From the human T2T-CHM13v2.0 reference genome, Homo sapiens, in assembly GCF_009914755.1 (NCBI RefSeq), contig NC_060936.1: a stretch of DNA of 64,000 nucleotides. One strand, 5' to 3'. Made by a program: the position numbers and the translations under genes. Numbering within the stretch: the first letter of the stretch is position 1; the number at the start of each line of letters is the position of its first letter. Under the pieces are notes generated by a model. The model saw only the letters and a list, made by a program, of their open reading frames with translations. It was not told where the DNA came from and did not search any database. Shown here piece by piece: positions 14,604-28,889 of this stretch.

Positions 14604-16353
14604 AAGACTAAACATTCTAAAAAAAATTCCTTTTATAAAAACAGCTGGACTGAATCCCATAGTCTAAGGACACAGTGGAAGATAAAGGTGTTTTACTCAC
14701 ATTTTGCCAAAGCAAATCCCACACAAGCACTCCCTGGGAGAACTTCCTAAAGCCACAATGGAGCCAGTAACACTATTTATGTTCACACCCATTCATATTG
14801 ATTTCTCTCTTCCTACATTTCTTGGATGTTCCTTCAAGAGGTAAATACTTGAAGATGAGGGTTGAGACCCTGCTTCCCACAGGACCCCATCAATGGCCCT
14901 ATCTCAACTCCCAGAGGAATGAAAAGACTGTGGATGAAATGTTTCTACATGCTTTTCGGGTTTTTCCTTCTAGCTGTTTTTCAATCAAATGGGTATAAAA
15001 ATCTCACTGCGCTAGCCTCCTTTAAGGTTCCTCGGATGTTATAGGCTATGACTCAACAGGAGCAAACCGCTCCTTTCAAATGTGTTTATCTCAAATTCCT
15101 TGCAAGGTTGTCCTGAGTACTGTCTGTATCAGCCTGCAGAGTCTCCGGGGCCTTGTGGATGGCACAGCACTGAGCTACGGCACCTGTCTCTTCTGTACTT
15201 GCAACAGAAGTTTATGTAACATAAGAACAGTGGGGTCTTCAGGGATACTCATGCAACATTACACAAAGCATATAAAGGAGGAATGTGAGGTCGAATGTAT
15301 GCAGGTACAAATGTCAAATCTCCTTTTTTGGGGGAACAAATTAATGTCAATTTCCTAATCTCTACCATAGAGATGGTAGACTCCTCATTGAGGAGTCTGC
15401 AGTGAACATCTGTCATGTTTTAGTCACCCAGGTTCTATGCCTGCATCCTGAGAGCTCCCGGAATTATCTGAGGAGGGGTAGTAGTTGTCCCACATTGGTG
15501 CTGATCTTGGTGGGAGGGTGAATGCAGGAGCCACTGCCAACTGGGTTACTGGAAGAGTTAGGTTGTTTCCTCTTCCTCTGGCACAACCAGGGGGGTGAAA
15601 ATGTGACTTAAGCTTGCCCAGAGGACATTTTTTTCCTAGCACTCTGAAGTTTGAGCCACTGACAAAGGCTGGACAGATGTTCACAGGAGCATCTAGGGCT
15701 GCAGCAGAGGCTTGTTGGTATAGGCACTCCTCGCTGCAAAACTCAGTTTAGGCTTCCGAGGTCTAGGGAGCAGTTTTGGGTCCTGCTTGGCTCTGCATCT
15801 TCTTCCCAGCCTTTCTACTCATCTCTGGAACCCCCAAGAGCCTGCCAGTTGGCCAGAGTGAATTTCTATTGCTGAGTAACAATGAACCACCTGTTAGGAC
15901 ATTGTAGGGAGATTACATGAAACCACAGAAAACAGACCCAGTACAAATTCAGGAAAATGGTAGGCACTCACTGTTATTACATTCCTCTCTCTTCCCCTTT
16001 CCCTAAGAGGATCAGAGCACTCACATTGTTTGACACATAAATGTGTGTGAAGCCATAAGCCTTGACCAAACACATCTGACAGCTCCAAAGGAGCCACAGC
16101 AATCAACTGAGGGAGAGGGCCTTGAGCTGGAGCCACTGGGGATTAACATCCTGAAAAGAGAATTCATGAAACTGTGTGCAAAGAGGCTGTGCATATGGTT
16201 ATATGGTGGCATTTTTCACAAACAGGCATTTACTTACATGAATCAATCATACAGGAGAGAGAGAGAGAAGTTTAAATAGTTTATTTAAATGTCTACTTTC
16301 CCAAACTACCTAATCAGCTTATCTCCACAATAATGAGTTGGTAGAGATGTAAC

Positions 16354-16472
16354 CAGTGATTCTCAACTCCAGCTGCACATAAGAATCACTGCGAGAGCTT
16401 TTTAAAGACCCTGAAACCAGGGCCTCACCCCAGACCAATGTTGGGGTCAGATGGTCCTAATGAGCCACTGCT
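16354..16472. mobile_element. MER5-family DNA transposon
   Basis: cagtgattctcaac...agaatcact...ccccagaccaat...agccactg. Confidence 0.65.
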
Positions 16473-16949
16473 ATTGAAAACAACTACCTCAGTGCATCTC
16501 AGTTCCTGAGCTCCTCTCATGGTGCAAACACCTTAATGTGCTTGCATTTGACTCTGGGTTATTTTCCACACATGGCCTTGAAACCCACACCACTGCTTCA
16601 TGTAGAGCCTAGCCAAAGAACCTAGTCTCTGACCCAATGCTAAATGGAAAGTAGGTGGGGTGGAATTATGGGGACAATGACATCCACTCATTCTTCCAAT
16701 ATTTCATGAGTGACTGTAGTGTGTGAGGTATTATACTAGATAATGAAGAAACAGGAGCAAACAGATCAAGTCTTCTGCCTTATGGAGCAGACCTTCTAGG
16801 GAATGGAAAACTAAATGATATGTGCAATTTAAATAATTTCCAAGAAAAAATTGACAATACAATGTCACCTTAAATCCAAATGCAGAAACTTCCTCTATGC
16901 AAGAGGTGAATTTGCTCTATGAATATTTTCTCCCACAACCATAATCTAG

Positions 16950-17162
16950 TCCAGGATTCTCTAACCAGAGGTTATTGCGTCCCTTGGGGATATCTGGCAA
17001 TATCTGGACATATTTTTCAGTCGTCAAATGGGTGGTAGCAGTTAACAGGCATCTAGTAGTCAGAGGCCAGAGATGCTTCTCAACGTCCTACAATGCACAG
17101 ACTATCCTCACAACAAAATATTATCTGATCCAAATGTCAACAGTATGAGGTTGAGAAACCTA
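16950..17162 (+). mobile_element. MER20
   Basis: ggcatctagtagtcagaggccagagatgct...gaggttgagaaacc. Confidence 0.8.
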
Positions 17163-19554
17163 TTCTACTCAAACCAACCCTATTCAAACTTAGCCTTGGG
17201 GGTTGCCTGACTTCTCCAAGGTCACATGGTGACCTTCTAGCAAAACATGGAACAGGGGCAGCACTTAAATATCACAATTCCACTATTTTTACTTAAAAGC
17301 TCCTGCTTCTGAATTGCACCTTGATTCCTGATCAGATATAGAGAAAATATATTCTTATAGCTGAGAAAAATGGGGCACCAAAAATCTAGACATGGTTTAA
17401 CTCTAAATATTATACAAGTTCTCAGAAGAAAATGTAGATTCTCTCAGCCTAGAATTGGCTTCCCTGCCTAACTGAACACAAGCATGTCATGTCCCAACTC
17501 ATGAAACCTAAATGCTCCCCAACTGCCTGCAGCATGACTCTTTGTAAACTGACTCCCAATTCTTCCAGTCACATTTCACACAACACTCCCTCTTACATCT
17601 GAACTTCAATTCTACCTATTTCTTGCACCTTTGATTTAGGGCATTGGATGAGTTTCTTCTAAGCCAATTAGCTTCTGGGTTCTAGGTTGGGATCAATACT
17701 GTCCTAGGGCTTCATGAGCCATACCAATACCCTTATAATAAATTCTCATTTTTCTTAAAACTGATTCAAATCATGTTTCTGTAACTTCCAAAACAATGGT
17801 GTTAAGAAACACAGTCCTGGGAACTACTGGTTTCAGCTCTGATGTGTACATGGCTTGGAAGTCATCACAATTATTCTTACAAGAAAAAGGAGGAAAAACT
17901 GAAAAGCACTACATTTTCTTAGACTCATTGGAGAACTGAGGTTGTAGGACAAAGCGCCACTCCCAAATGTGGAGAGACAGATACATTCAAGGAAGAAATA
18001 AATGACGGTAAAATAATTTTTTCTTTTTCTTAATTGATCAACATATACTGTTTGTTTAAGCAATAATAGTAGTGATGAATCACAGCAATGCCGCAAAGGA
18101 CATGAGGGTAAATGGGAAAACTCAGTTGTAAGTTACCTGTGCTACATGGGAAGTATTACAGTGCTACATGAAATTGACTCAGATTAGTTAAAAATGTATA
18201 TTAAAAATTTTAGAGAAACAATTAATATTTTAAGTAGAATCAGTACACCAAGAGAGGATAGCAAATGTAATCACATAAGATACTGGAATCAGGCAGAAAA
18301 AGGGGCAGATACAGAACAAAGAACACATGAAATTAATAGAAAATAGTTAAAAACATGATCAATATTAATCTATATGAAAAGCATTTAAATGTGAACAGAC
18401 TAAATATACCAATTAAAAGAGAGAGATTGTCAAAGTAGATTAAAAAACATGATTTGCCTATATGATATTTACCAAAATTCCACTTTAGCTCAAAAGACTT
18501 TAACAAGTTAAAAGTAAAGAGAGAGAAAGATCATGCTAACGATAATAAATAAAAGCTTCAGTATTTACATAAATTCCAGACAAAGCAGATTTTACAAAAA
18601 GGAAAATTATCAGGGATAAAGAGGAAGCATTACATAATGACAAATGGGCTAATTGTCCAAGAAGTTACAACAATCCTAAATGCATATGCATCTAACAAAT
18701 GCGCAACAAAATATATGAGATAATCACTGATAGAACTTGAAGGAGAAATAAACAATCCCCCTATTATAGTTGGGAACTTAGCACTCCTCTGTGAGCAACT
18801 GATAGATCAAACAGGCAGAAAATCAGTAAGGATGTAGATGACCTGAACCCACTATCAATCAACTTGATCTAATTGACATTTATGGAATATTCCATCCAAA
18901 AGAAGCAGAATACACTTTCTTCTCAAAATCTCATGAAACATTTACCAAGAAAGATTACATTCTGTGCCATGTAGCCTTATATTTAAAATAGAAATTATGC
19001 AAAGTATTTTCTCAAGCCACAGTAGTAATTAAACTAGAAATCAATACTAGAAAGATAGATGGTAAGTCCAACAGATTTTTGTTAATTAAAAACACACTTC
19101 TCAATAACATATGAATCAAAGAAGTCTCAAAAAAAATTTAAAGTATTTTAAACTAAATTAAAAAGAAAATATAACTTACCCCCAATTTTGAGATGCAGAA
19201 AAGCAGTGCTTAGAGAAATATTTATAGCATTAAAAACATATATTAGAAAAGAAAATCTAAAATCAATAACCTAATCTAAAATTAATTAGTGTTAAGTGTA
19301 GACACCTAAAGAACAAATTATACCTGAATCAAGCAGAAGGAAATTATACAAATTAGAGAAAAAAATCAATGAAATTGAAAATAGAAAAGCAATAGAGAAA
19401 ATCTACAAAACCAAATGTTAATTCTTTGAAAATATCAATAAAATTGATAAAATCCTACTCAGGCTAACAAGGAAAAAGGGAAGACAAAAATTACCAATAA
19501 CAAAAATGAAAGAAGAGTCATCACTACTGATCCTATATAAATTAAAAGGTAAGT

Positions 19555-19810
19555 TTTCTTCTTTGAGATATATTGCACACCCTGGTGAATACAGTAGATA
19601 ATAATGCAGTATACATTTTAAATTGCTAAGATATTAAATTTCAAATGTTCTCACCACAAAAATGGTAAATATTTGAGGTGATGAATATGTTAATTAGCTA
19701 AGTATTCCACATTGTATTCATAAACCATAATATCACTTTTTACCCATACATACAACTATAATCTTTCAATTTATAATTAAAAATAAAAATCAAAACAAAA
19801 ACAAGCAAAA
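19555..19810 (+). mobile_element. Nested L1MA 3' end
   Basis: aaatgttctcaccacaaaaatggtaaatatttgaggtgatg followed by an A-rich tail; it interrupts the host ORF2. Confidence 0.75.
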
Positions 19811-20390
19811 CAACTCCTCTCAAAAAATAATACTAAATACAGCAGCTAACTCTATACCCACAAATCTTATAACTAGGATTTAAGATAGATGGATTCTTTG
19901 AAAGACACAAACTAACAAAACTCACACAAGGAGAAAGAAATACGTAGCATGAATAGCCCTATCTATTAAAGAAGAGTAAATTATTAACTCCCCCAAAAAT
20001 GAAATCACCAGGCTCGGATGGATTCACCAGTGAAAATTTACGAACATTTAAGATATAAATAATACCATTTCTACACACTCTCTCCGAGCAAGCAGAAGCA
20101 GAGGGAAGATGTTCTAACCGTATTACCAAAACCATATGAAGACATTCAAGAAAAAACAAAAGTGCAAACTAGTATCTCTCAGTAACATGAGTATTAAAAT
20201 CCTCAACAAAGCATTAACAAATTGAATCCAACAACATATAAAAAGAATTACACACCACACTCAAGTGGAGTTTATTCCAGGTATACAAGGCTGATTTCAT
20301 GTTCAAAAACTAATCAGGATAATTCATTCACTGCATTCACAGGCTAAAGAAGAAAGATCGTATGATTATGTCAACGGCATAGGAAAGAAA

Positions 20391-21040
20391 CTGCCCACTT
20401 TTCAATGGGGTCGTTTGTTTTTTCTTGTGAATTTGCCTAAGTTCCTTGTAGGTGCTGCACATTAGATCTTTGTCAGATGGATAGATGGCAAAAACTTTCT
20501 CCCATTCTGGGTATATACCCAAAGGAATATAAATCATTCTATTATAAAGATATATGCATGCATATGTTCATTGCAGCACTATTCACACTATTCACAATAG
20601 CAAAGACATGGAATAGACCCAAATGCCCATCAATGATAGACTGGATAAAGAAAATGTGGTACATAGACACCATGGGATACTATGCAGCCGTGACAAGAAA
20701 TGAGAGCATATCCTTTGCAGGGGCATGGATGGACTTGGAAGCCATTATCCTTAGCAAACTAACAAAGGAACAGAAAACCAAACACCACATGTTCTCACTT
20801 ATAAGTGGGAGCTGAACAATGAGAAAACAGGGACACAGAGAGCGGAACAACATTCACTGGGGCCTGTCGGGGGAGGGCAGTGGGGGGAGAGCATTAAGAA
20901 AAAGAACTAATGCATGCTGGGCTTAGTACCTAGGTGACAAGTGCAGCAAACCACCACGGCACACGTTAACCTATGTAACAAACCTGCACATCCTGCACAC
21001 GTACCCTGGAACTTAACAATATATAATTTAAAAACAAACT
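20391..21040 (+). mobile_element. Nested L1PA with 5' inversion (antisense ~20391-20508, sense ~20501-21040)
   Basis: An antisense ORF2 piece is joined to the sense 3' end at cccattctg. ORF 20477..20815 is the L1 ORF2 C-terminus (...HMFSLISGS). Confidence 0.85.
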
Positions 21041-21598
21041 TGACAAAATGTACAATAAGTTTTGATAAAGAAAAAACTCTTAGCAAACTAAGAAGGAAAG
21101 AGAACTTTCTCAACTTCATAAAGAACATGAACAAAAAGCCTATAGGTGACGTCGTACTGAATGTCGAGAAACTAGATGCTTACTCACTAAGAAGAGGAAT
21201 GAGGCGTGACAAGTCCTTCTCACCATTACTATTTTACATTGTACTGGAGCCAAATGAAAGAGCTCTCAATAGCCAGAGTGGGAAAATTTGAGCAACAAAA
21301 TTCATAAAATAATATTAGATTAAACCCAAAGTATAAAATAAATATCCAGGTGTTCTCACTGAAATAAGTACATTATTGAATAAATACATAAATGAGGGAA
21401 AATAAGCAAATGTCCCCTGCAGCATTCTAAATAACTTAAGCAGCTATATTGCCCTCAAGGGGGTGAAGTATCACTTCCCTCTTTACAATTGTGAGCTGGG
21501 CATAAGCACTTCCTTCCAAAGCATAGCCTTGGGAGAATGGGAAAAAAGTAACTTTACGGTGGAGAAACCTGACAGACCCAGCCTCAGCCCGGTGCTGG

Positions 21599-22201
21599 TG
21601 AGGTGGGATAGGTGGCCGAGGAAACGACCATGTCCTCAGGATATGGCAACCTTGGGACCTTACGATCAATAGAATAAACCTCCCCATTAGCACTGTAGTC
21701 AAGCTCATTGAGCAGAGCACTCTTCAGTAGGGAAATTTCCCCTGTAGAGAGCATGCGTATTTTAACTTTCCCTGTCCTCAGGCAGACTCTTTGCTTATTA
21801 TAATAGTAAAAAAACACACCCCTGGGTGGAGATTTCGGACGCTAATGAGACATGCGATGTATGCGACGTATGAACAAGCTTGTGCAGCTACTGCGCATGT
21901 GCACCCAGAGGACCTCCCCCAGACATGCTTCCTAGTAACACCTCTTCCCACCCGCTCATGAATCATCATGTAAGGCTCCCATAAAGGGAGTCTCCCTAGT
22001 GCCCATCTTTGCTGTCTCATCCTTAGGAGCAGCCTGCCTTGAATCCTCTCTCTGGTGTACTATCTATACTAAACTTCACTTTCAAAATATTTTCTTTTGC
22101 AATACATTGCTCTATGGTGCATTTCCTTTGCTGTGTGTCTCTTGTTTAAATTCTTTAAAACTAAAAAGGCAAGAACTGGGGTCTCACAGCAGCCGTCAGC
22201 C
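21599..22201 (+). mobile_element. ERV1-class solo LTR (subfamily not assigned)
   Basis: Starts with TG, has a 4-bp TSD ctgg/ctgg, and splits a continuous L1MC motif (cctcagcccggtg...aagtgaacatcaacag). Confidence 0.7.
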
Positions 22202-22444
22202 CTGGAAGTGAACATCAACAGTAGCAAGTCCTGTGGGCTGTACGCACCCTCGATGTGATAAACATGGCACTTTGCCTCTGTGGTTTTCCTCCCCCAAACC
22301 CATGATCCCAGTGCAATCAGGAGAAAGAGCATCAGACAAATCCCAATTGAAGGACATTCCTCAAAACAGCTGACCAGTAAGTCTCAAAATGGTCAAAGCC
22401 ACCAAAACCAAAGAAAGTCTAAGAAATGGTCACAGCTACAGGAG

Positions 22445-23191
<747 letters not shown>

Positions 23192-25925
23192 GGGGTTCCA
23201 GGAGACATGACCCCTATATGTAATGCAGTCTCCTGGATGGGATCCAGGGACAGCCAAGGGGGGCAGCAGATAAAAACTAAGGAAATTTGAATGAAGTATG
23301 GACTTTAGCTAATAATCATGTGTCAATATTGGTGAATTGGGACAAATGCAGCACACAATTGTAAGGTATTAATAAAAGAGGAAACTAGCGGGGACATATG
23401 GGAACACTGCAATAAGTTCACAAGTTTTTTGTTAAGTCATATCAGTTCTGAAATTAAAAGCCTGTCCGCCTCTCACTCTTCTATTTCAAGCAGCTCTATC
23501 AATCCCCACTAGGGTAACAACGGGATGTACAATCCCAGGTACAGACCACATGTCACTGGACATTGGTATAATTTGAATACACCAACATCTGTCCTCTTTG
23601 TTAACAGTGCCCCAGTCTTCACAAGAGGAAAATGCCTCATCTCATGGGATGTATTCTTAATGAAGGGTAATTCGAGGAACCATTTTACTTCATGGAAGCT
23701 GCATCTGGTCCCTCTCTTACCCCTGGCACAGCCAGCTAGTAGACAGGTGATTCAGCAGGGGCTGCATGGAGGTCTCTGCAGCTTATGTGCGGATAACGAG
23801 AGGAACTATTGAAGGAATTCACTGTGAGGGCGGGAGAGAGTTGCTGAGAGGCTGCTGTGTCCACACGCAGCCACCAACCTCCATCAGAATCTGCATGGCC
23901 AAGCTGGGTCCCATGATATCCATCCAGTAAACCCTTTTATTTATTATTTTTTCTTAAATTAGCTGGAGTGTGATTTATGACCTGCAACTTAGAATATCAC
24001 TGGATACACCAGGGCACATTTTACCTGAAATAGAATAAGAAGAAATCCTATTCTGGGCCAACACAGGTTCAAAGGTTACATCATTCAAGTGAATTAAGCT
24101 CACAGGGTCAATTTCAAACCACCATATTATTTCCTAATAAGCTTTAAGTCTTTGGCATATCTGGCTACCAAAACCACCAAAGAATATCGTCTGAGCCTCA
24201 TCAATGCCAGGCTCACTTCTGCCCTTTGTCAAACACTTGTATTTTATTCTCTTGCTATCTCCTTTCTAAGCCTCACCTTTGCAAGAGTATCTCCTTAGTA
24301 ATGTCTCATTCCAACCTGGTCTTAAAGCCAATCACAGTGCTAGGCATATGGCACTTAACAAATTCTTGAGCATTTAAAACTGCAGAGACCTCAGCAAAGT
24401 GCACATATTTGTTAATAATCAGCAATTCATTCATTCATTCAAGAAATCTAAGGATGTCTCTGCCTTTAAGAACAGCCCCTTCTCTGAGCTTGTTCCACTG
24501 TTCTAGGCCCCCCGGCTGACTGTTGTGGGCTGTTAGGTAACCAAGGGAATGCTACACCTTTACTGGGTTCCAGCCTTCCATTCGGATCTGAAGACCAGAG
24601 CTCTTTGGAAACGGACTCCCTGTGGTGAAAAGCAACGAAAGAATAACTGGTGAGGGTGTGAAAGAAGAGCCCCAGTTCTTATCTTCCTCCAGGCCCATGG
24701 CAGGTAAGTAGAGACTGGGATGCATCTGAGCCTTGCTCTCAGTGGGGGAGGGACACAGGAGAATGTGTGGCTAGAAGAATATAGAAGAAAAGGTTCCAGT
24801 GCTGTGGGATGCTTTAGCTGTTCACTTGAAGGAAAACATTTTCTGGGATTGAATGAGATCGTTAGATGTCTCAGGAATGAAAGAAAGCGTTTTGCTTTTC
24901 TTTTCCTGCAGATGTCACCTTCAGAAGATAGAAGCAGCAGGGTAGAACAGAGGTTGTAAGATGACAAAAAGCCCCACCTGGGTTTTCTTGCTCTTAAAGA
25001 GTGAAACACACATGCATATATACACGCATACAAATACACACACAGAAAGAAGCTAACTCCTGTGCTTCAGCCGTCGCATGCTCCTGAGTGCCCCTGAGAT
25101 CACAGGCACGCCGCCGGGGAGGTGTACAGTGGGTGGTCAGTCGCTATCAACAAAGAACTCAAACCGTAGCTGCTGCGTCAGTCCATGATTTGCAAATGTG
25201 CATGATGCATATTTGCACAGTCACAGTTTGGAGAAAAGCGCCCAAGGATACTTGGCTGGATCCTTGAGGGTTATTTATAGCAGATGGCCAGAGAGAACAG
25301 ACGCACACCAATTCTAAATATTTGGAAGCTATGCTAAATTAGTGTCAAATTGACTTCATTTAAAAAGATATACAGTTTTATTATTTTCTAATTATAGGGA
25401 TTCAAGCTAAAGGATAATAATCTTGCCAGGTCCAAGTTAACCTCCAGCTGTTTACATAAACACATGAGACTCATCCATAATCAGAGCGTTTTAAGTATGC
25501 AGCAAGCACATTATTAATGCAACCTCTTAAAGAAACAGTGTAGCATCGTACCGAGGTAAACAGACATTCATGAAACATTTCCTTCATTGTTGTCTCATCT
25601 GTAAAACTGATTTTTCAAATTGAATTGACATTTCTAATTGATGGGCTCTGAACAAATATACTTTTGCTGTACTTCTCAAATTTTCCAAACTTTGACCTGT
25701 GAGTGGAGCCACCAAATTTAGAAGCTTCAAATGCATTTGCTTGTGAATTTGCCAAGACTTGGAGCCTCATATTGTGCAGCCACACATAGTGAATTTCTCT
25801 TGGTTTTGTTACAGACTGCCAAAGATAAAAGCCACCCTTGGACCCTAATGGATATGTTTAGTGTGTCATAAAGTCATGAGACACAAAGCTTTTTGTGAAA
25901 TTCAATGCTACACACATCACTGCTT

Positions 25926-25948
25926 ACACACACACACACACACACACA
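25926..25948. repeat. (CA)n microsatellite
   Basis: About 11 CA units. Confidence 0.95.
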
Positions 25949-26532
25949 AGCTGCATGTGGCTCTCATCTCCTGAGAGTCAAAGCTTCAGGGGATTGCAGT
26001 GTTTAATCCTGCGTTCAGAAAATCAAGTCAGTCGTTGGCGGACCTAAAAAATGGCAGACGGTATGAAACGGTGTAAGATCAAAGCTCCCCTATTCAAACT
26101 TTTTGTTTCCACCACCAAAATATTTCTCTACGTAAGCAGCCATCCTCACAAAGAATACTATGTAAGACTGTTGAACCCAGAAAAGTAAAACACAAAGCTA
26201 GCAGACCTCATTGAGGACCTGTGGCCAGCTGGATCTAGATCCGATTTCCAGAAGGACGGAAGGGAACGCTAATGAAGGCTTGGCCAGCGCAGATGTGTTC
26301 CTGTACCCTAAATCCCTGCGGCTATTCCGCGAATGGCACGTCCAGCCAGGCCAAAGGTTTTTACCTTCCAGGACTTAGCCAAGTTCAGTCATTAGATGCA
26401 TGTCCATTAGGTTCTGTTTCTTTAGTTAAAATAGGCATTTCTAATACTAGGTCACAATCAAATAAACTTAAATGTGCAAGGTAGAATCAAAACGGTGATT
26501 TATTTTCTTAAACTCATCCACCCTTTAAACAT

Positions 26533-26985
26533 AAAGGAAAAAAGGGGAGGGGAGAGGGGAAGGGAGGGGAGGGGAGAGGGGAAGGGAGGGGAGGGGAGAG
26601 GGGAAGGAGGGGAGGGGAGAGGGGAGAGGGGAAGGGAGGGGAGGGGAGGGGAGAAGGGAGGGGAGAGGGGAGGGGGGAGGGGAGGGAGGGGAGGGGAGAG
26701 GGGAGGGAGGGGAGGGGAGAGGGGAGGGAGGGGAGGGGAGAGGGGAGGGGGGGAGGGGAGGGGAGGGGAGAGGGGAGGGGAGGGGAGGAGGAGGGGGAGG
26801 GGAGGGGGAGGGGGAGGGGAGGGGGAGGGGAGGGGGAGGGGATGGGGAGGGGGAGGAGAAAGGGGAGGAAAGGGGAGGGGAGAGGGGAGAAGGGAGGGGA
26901 GGGGGAAGAGGAGAGGGGAGGGAGAAAGAGAGAGGGAGAAAGAGAGGGAGAAAGAAAAGAATAGAAAAAAGAAAAGAAGAAAAGC
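26533..26985 (+). repeat. ~450-bp polypurine (GGGGA/GGGA)n low-complexity tract
   Basis: Almost purely G/A, with many runs of 3-6 G, ending in an A-rich segment. Confidence 0.97.
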
Positions 26986-27960
26986 AAAGCTAGAAAAAGC
27001 AGCCATAAATCCCATATGAAGGGGGATAGAGAGCTGGTCATCATTGGATGAAGTTTATAAGCCCACATATGAAACATGTCTTACATACAGTTACACTCCT
27101 CATTTCAGGAGTCATAACACACATTTTATTACATTGCACATCAGGTCAAATTGTTGAGTTATGTAGCAGTGCTAGGACATTTTTAATAACCCAAAAACAC
27201 TTCTACTAAACAGCTGTTGTAATCAAACTTGCCTGTGTTGAAAATAAAACTAAAACTATATAATGAAAATACAAACAAGCCTAGGCAAGTAGCTTCTCTC
27301 ATACGTTATATTCCACAGTGAAAACCAGCCTATATTTATTCTAAAGTACACAGAGCTTATTTTCAATGTCTTCTCTTTGGTATATTCTTATATAAGAAAC
27401 TCAACAAATTCTACTGTATATTCTTCACACGTTATGCTCATTTATTTTTTTGAACACTAAGTTCTATTTCCAGGGAGAAACAAAATGGTAACTTTGAGGT
27501 TGGTACCATATTATACTTAGAACTTACATATCTGGAATAGATTTTGAGTTGGCAAAACCGTGTTCCCTGTCCTTTCTGACAACTGTTGCCATTTCATTTG
27601 CAGTCTCATTTCAGCTGTGAGGCATTTAACTCTCCCAATTTTGAAAAGCCTTCTTGGATAATTTTAGCATTCCCAAAACTTGCTGATAATACCCTAAGCT
27701 AAGGGAAAAGGCGTACCATCAGCAGCCCCCCGGCTGCCCTATCAATGGCTTGGAAAATCTATTAAGACGAATATTCTCACAACCCAATTGCCAACCCGGA
27801 ACGATCAGACTGGTCTCTGTATTCCACGGTGCAGATGGAGTTTGTAAGAACGGGAAGGCCGGCTCTACTTCGGTGAGCGATAACACAGCTTTTCTGGTCA
27901 AACAGCTTCTGGAAAACACCACCTGATCGACGGGCGGGTACAGACAGACATTGGGAAACG

Positions 27961-28889
<929 letters not shown>

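Noticed and set aside
20477-21291. ORFs resembling L1 ORF2
   Set aside because: These are fragments of dead, truncated L1 copies and are not functional genes.
26474-27077. Gly/Arg/Glu-rich and Pro/Ser/Leu-rich ORFs of 171-187 aa
   Set aside because: They are translations of the polypurine low-complexity tract, which lacks stop codons by composition.
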